Positions 33,113 through 34,690 of a stretch of 34,690 nt of DNA are shown piece after piece. The position numbers were made by a program, and so were the translations under genes. Numbering within the stretch: position 1 is the first letter of the stretch; the number at the start of each line of letters is the position of its first letter. The DNA comes from Bryobacterales bacterium (GTDB lineage: Bacteria > Acidobacteriota > Terriglobia > Bryobacterales > JACQDG01). The notes beneath the pieces were generated by a model. It did no database searches, had not been told where the DNA came from, and saw only the letters and a program-made list of their open reading frames with translations. The stretch spans positions 1 to 34,690 of the forward strand of contig DASQHK010000491.1 in the NCBI GenBank assembly GCA_035632135.1, in the 5' to 3' direction.

Positions 33113-34366
33113 CTACGGCGCAGCCAATTCCACCACACTCTCAATATGGTAGGTTTGCGGGAATAAATCAACGAGTTTTACGGAAATGATCTGAAAGGTG
33201 GCTTCCAAAAGCGCCCGGAGATCGCGCGCCAGCGTCGCAGGGTCGCAGGAGACAATGGTCAGCCGGCGCGGCTTCAGACGCGCCAGCGAGGCAGTGACCG
33301 CTCGGCCCAGGCCGGCGCGGGGCGGGTCGGCCAGCACAAAGTCGGCCGCCTCGTCGAAACCGGTCAGGAAGCTCTCGGCGGAAGCCTGATGAGCCTCCAC
33401 CGCGACACCGGCGCGTTGCGCGTTGCACTCCAGGTCGCGGCAGGCGCTGCGATTGGAGTCGGCCGCCACGGTGCGCGAGAAGCGGCGGCCTAGAGACAGG
33501 CTGAACAAGCCGACTCCGGCGAAAAGATCAATGGCTGTTCCGCCGCCCGCGCTGCCCACGGCCGCCTCCGCCAAACGCGCCGCCAGGAATCGGTTCACTT
33601 GAAAGAACGAGCGGCTGCTCACGCGGTACACGTCGGCGCCGGCGGCGTAATCGAGAGAATCACCCCGGCAGACCCCTTCGATCTCGCCCGCGCACCAGTC
33701 AAAGAATCGGCGGGCCAGCGGCCGCGTCGTTTCGAGCACGTTGAGCTGCACATCGCGCTCGTTGGTGAACAATTCGATTTCTTGGATGAAATCGGGGAAC
33801 CGGCGGTCCAGTCCCATCCGGGCCAGCGCGGCGATGGTCCGGTTGATCGTAGGGGAGCTGATCGGGCAGGCGTCGATCGGTCGCAGGCGATGGGAGCCAA
33901 ACTCGAAGTAGCCAAGCTCGAGGCGGCCGCGCCGCTTGCTCAGCCGAAGCTGCACGCGGTTGCGATAGCCCCACGGTTCGGCCGAGAGAATCTCGACCGG
34001 CTCGCTCCACTCGATTTTGCCCAGGCGCGCCAGCGTTTCCAGCAGAATGCCCCGCTTTGCTTCGAGTTGCCGCTCGTAACTCATGTGCTGGTAGTGGCAG
34101 CCGCCGCAGATCGCGAAGTGGGGGCAGGCCGGCGGCACTCGCCACTCCGAGCCGGCCTCGACCGCGAGCGTGCGGGCCGCAATCAGGCCGGCGGACTCTT
34201 TCTCCGCCTCGACGATCGCGCGTTCCCCCGGCAGCACGAACGGCGCCAGCACGACCCGCCCGTTCGAGCGCCCCAGTCCCTGGCCGCCGTAAACCAGCTT
34301 TTCGATCTCGATCTCGAAGCTCACGACGGTTGTTTCGTCCCCATGTGCCACTATAGAATGAAACAT
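33113..34366 (-). CDS. 23S rRNA (uracil-5)-methyltransferase RumA/RlmD-like, TRAM + Fe-S + SAM-MTase
   Basis: The ATG at 34366 is preceded by AAGGAGG (34383..34377) with a 10-nt spacer. TRAM-like N-terminus ([14 protein letters not shown]). Cys cluster [17 protein letters not shown] motif [12 protein letters not shown] and C-terminal [15 protein letters not shown]. The track's 93 upstream codons are antisense to trpS. Confidence 0.85.
   Translation of the reverse strand: MFHSIVAHGDETTVVSFEIEIEKLVYGGQGLGRSNGRVVLAPFVLPGERAIVEAEKESAGLIAARTLAVEAGSEWRVPPACPHFAICGGCHYQHMSYERQLEAKRGILLETLARLGKIEWSEPVEILSAEPWGYRNRVQLRLSKRRGRLELGYFEFGSHRLRPIDACPISSPTINRTIAALARMGLDRRFPDFIQEIELFTNERDVQLNVLETTRPLARRFFDWCAGEIEGVCRGDSLDYAAGADVYRVSSRSFFQVNRFLAARLAEAAVGSAGGGTAIDLFAGVGLFSLSLGRRFSRTVAADSNRSACRDLECNAQRAGVAVEAHQASAESFLTGFDEAADFVLADPPRAGLGRAVTASLARLKPRRLTIVSCDPATLARDLRALLEATFQIISVKLVDLFPQTYHIESVVELAAP
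34354..34359 (+). promoter_or_regulatory. candidate -10 TAGAAT 25 nt upstream of the trpS ATG
   Basis: ctaTAGAATg lies inside the first codons of the divergent rumA-like gene. There is no SD before the trpS ATG. Confidence 0.3.
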
Positions 34367-34384
34367 TCGGCCCGTGCCTCCTTT

Positions 34385-34690
34385 ATGAAACCACGCGTAT
34401 TTTCGGCGATGCAGCCGTCCGGCAACCTGCATATTGGCAATTACCTGGGCGCGCTGAAGAACTGGGTCCAAATCCAGCGTGACTACGAAACCATCTTCGG
34501 CATCGTCGATCTGCACGCCATCACCGCTTATCAGAACCCGGCCGAGCTGCAAAAGAAGATCGAGGAAGTCGCCGCCATCTACATCGCTTGCGGCATCGAC
34601 CCCCAGCACTGCGCGATCTTCGTGCAGTCCGCGGTGCCCGCGCACGTCGAGCTGGCCTGGGTGCTGACCTGCGTCACCCCGGTCGGCTGG
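34385..34690 (+). CDS. trpS: tryptophan--tRNA ligase, N-terminal 102 codons (continues past window end)
   Basis: Not in the ORF track because there is no stop in the window. My translation from ATG 34385 reads [102 protein letters not shown]. It has the class I HIGH-type motif (LHIGNY) and a TrpRS-typical DLHA. Confidence 0.9.
   Translation, partial: MKPRVFSAMQPSGNLHIGNYLGALKNWVQIQRDYETIFGIVDLHAITAYQNPAELQKKIEEVAAIYIACGIDPQHCAIFVQSAVPAHVELAWVLTCVTPVGW

Overview
GC-rich, tightly packed bacterial chromosomal segment. Gene content and repeat style suggest an Acidobacteriota-like organism, but that is inference only. All calls come from reading the translations and DNA by eye; no homology search or statistics were run.

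I support 31 protein-coding genes. Two run off the window edges and are missing from the ORF track: a signal-peptide N-terminus at 1..126 (-) and trpS at 34385..34690 (+). I saw no rRNA, tRNA or CRISPR array, and no recognisable defence system, toxin-antitoxin pair, transposase, integrase or phage gene.

Gene order:
- + strand: S41 peptidase, LolA-like protein, UxaE-like TIM-barrel protein, Tat amidohydrolase
- - strand: small beta-barrel protein
- + strand: pta and an HDAC-family deacetylase, with overlapping stop and start codons
- - strand operon: Tat Gfo/Idh/MocA oxidoreductase, O-methyltransferase, Tat MBL hydrolase
- + strand: sigma54 response regulator, sensor kinase, Pro/Ala-rich lipoprotein, pilM, PilN-peptide/AMIN fusion, M24 aminopeptidase, accB, accC
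- + strand: a 67-aa Q/S/T-rich ORF, then ECF sigma, ZAS anti-sigma and a DUF3106-like protein
- - strand: nadE, YncE/phosphoesterase fusion, GH57
- + strand: amidase
- - strand: rumA-like methyltransferase, comEC, GxxExxY gene
- + strand: trpS

Most of this is ordinary core genome. The observations most worth a second look are:
1. A 422-bp cassette with one PD-(D/E)XK GxxExxY gene, bounded by 37-bp inverted repeats, between convergent genes that both terminate inside the repeats.
2. A pilM gene coupled to a protein that joins a PilN-type N-terminal peptide and TM helix to an AMIN domain, with no pilO/P/Q nearby.
3. Recurrent TAnAAT hexamers exactly 6 nt upstream of start codons, suggesting leaderless mRNAs.
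4. A two-tier hairpin filling the response regulator-kinase intercistronic gap.
5. A short tandem repeat array at 22493..22559.

The very long ORFs antisense to real genes are GC-driven artefacts.
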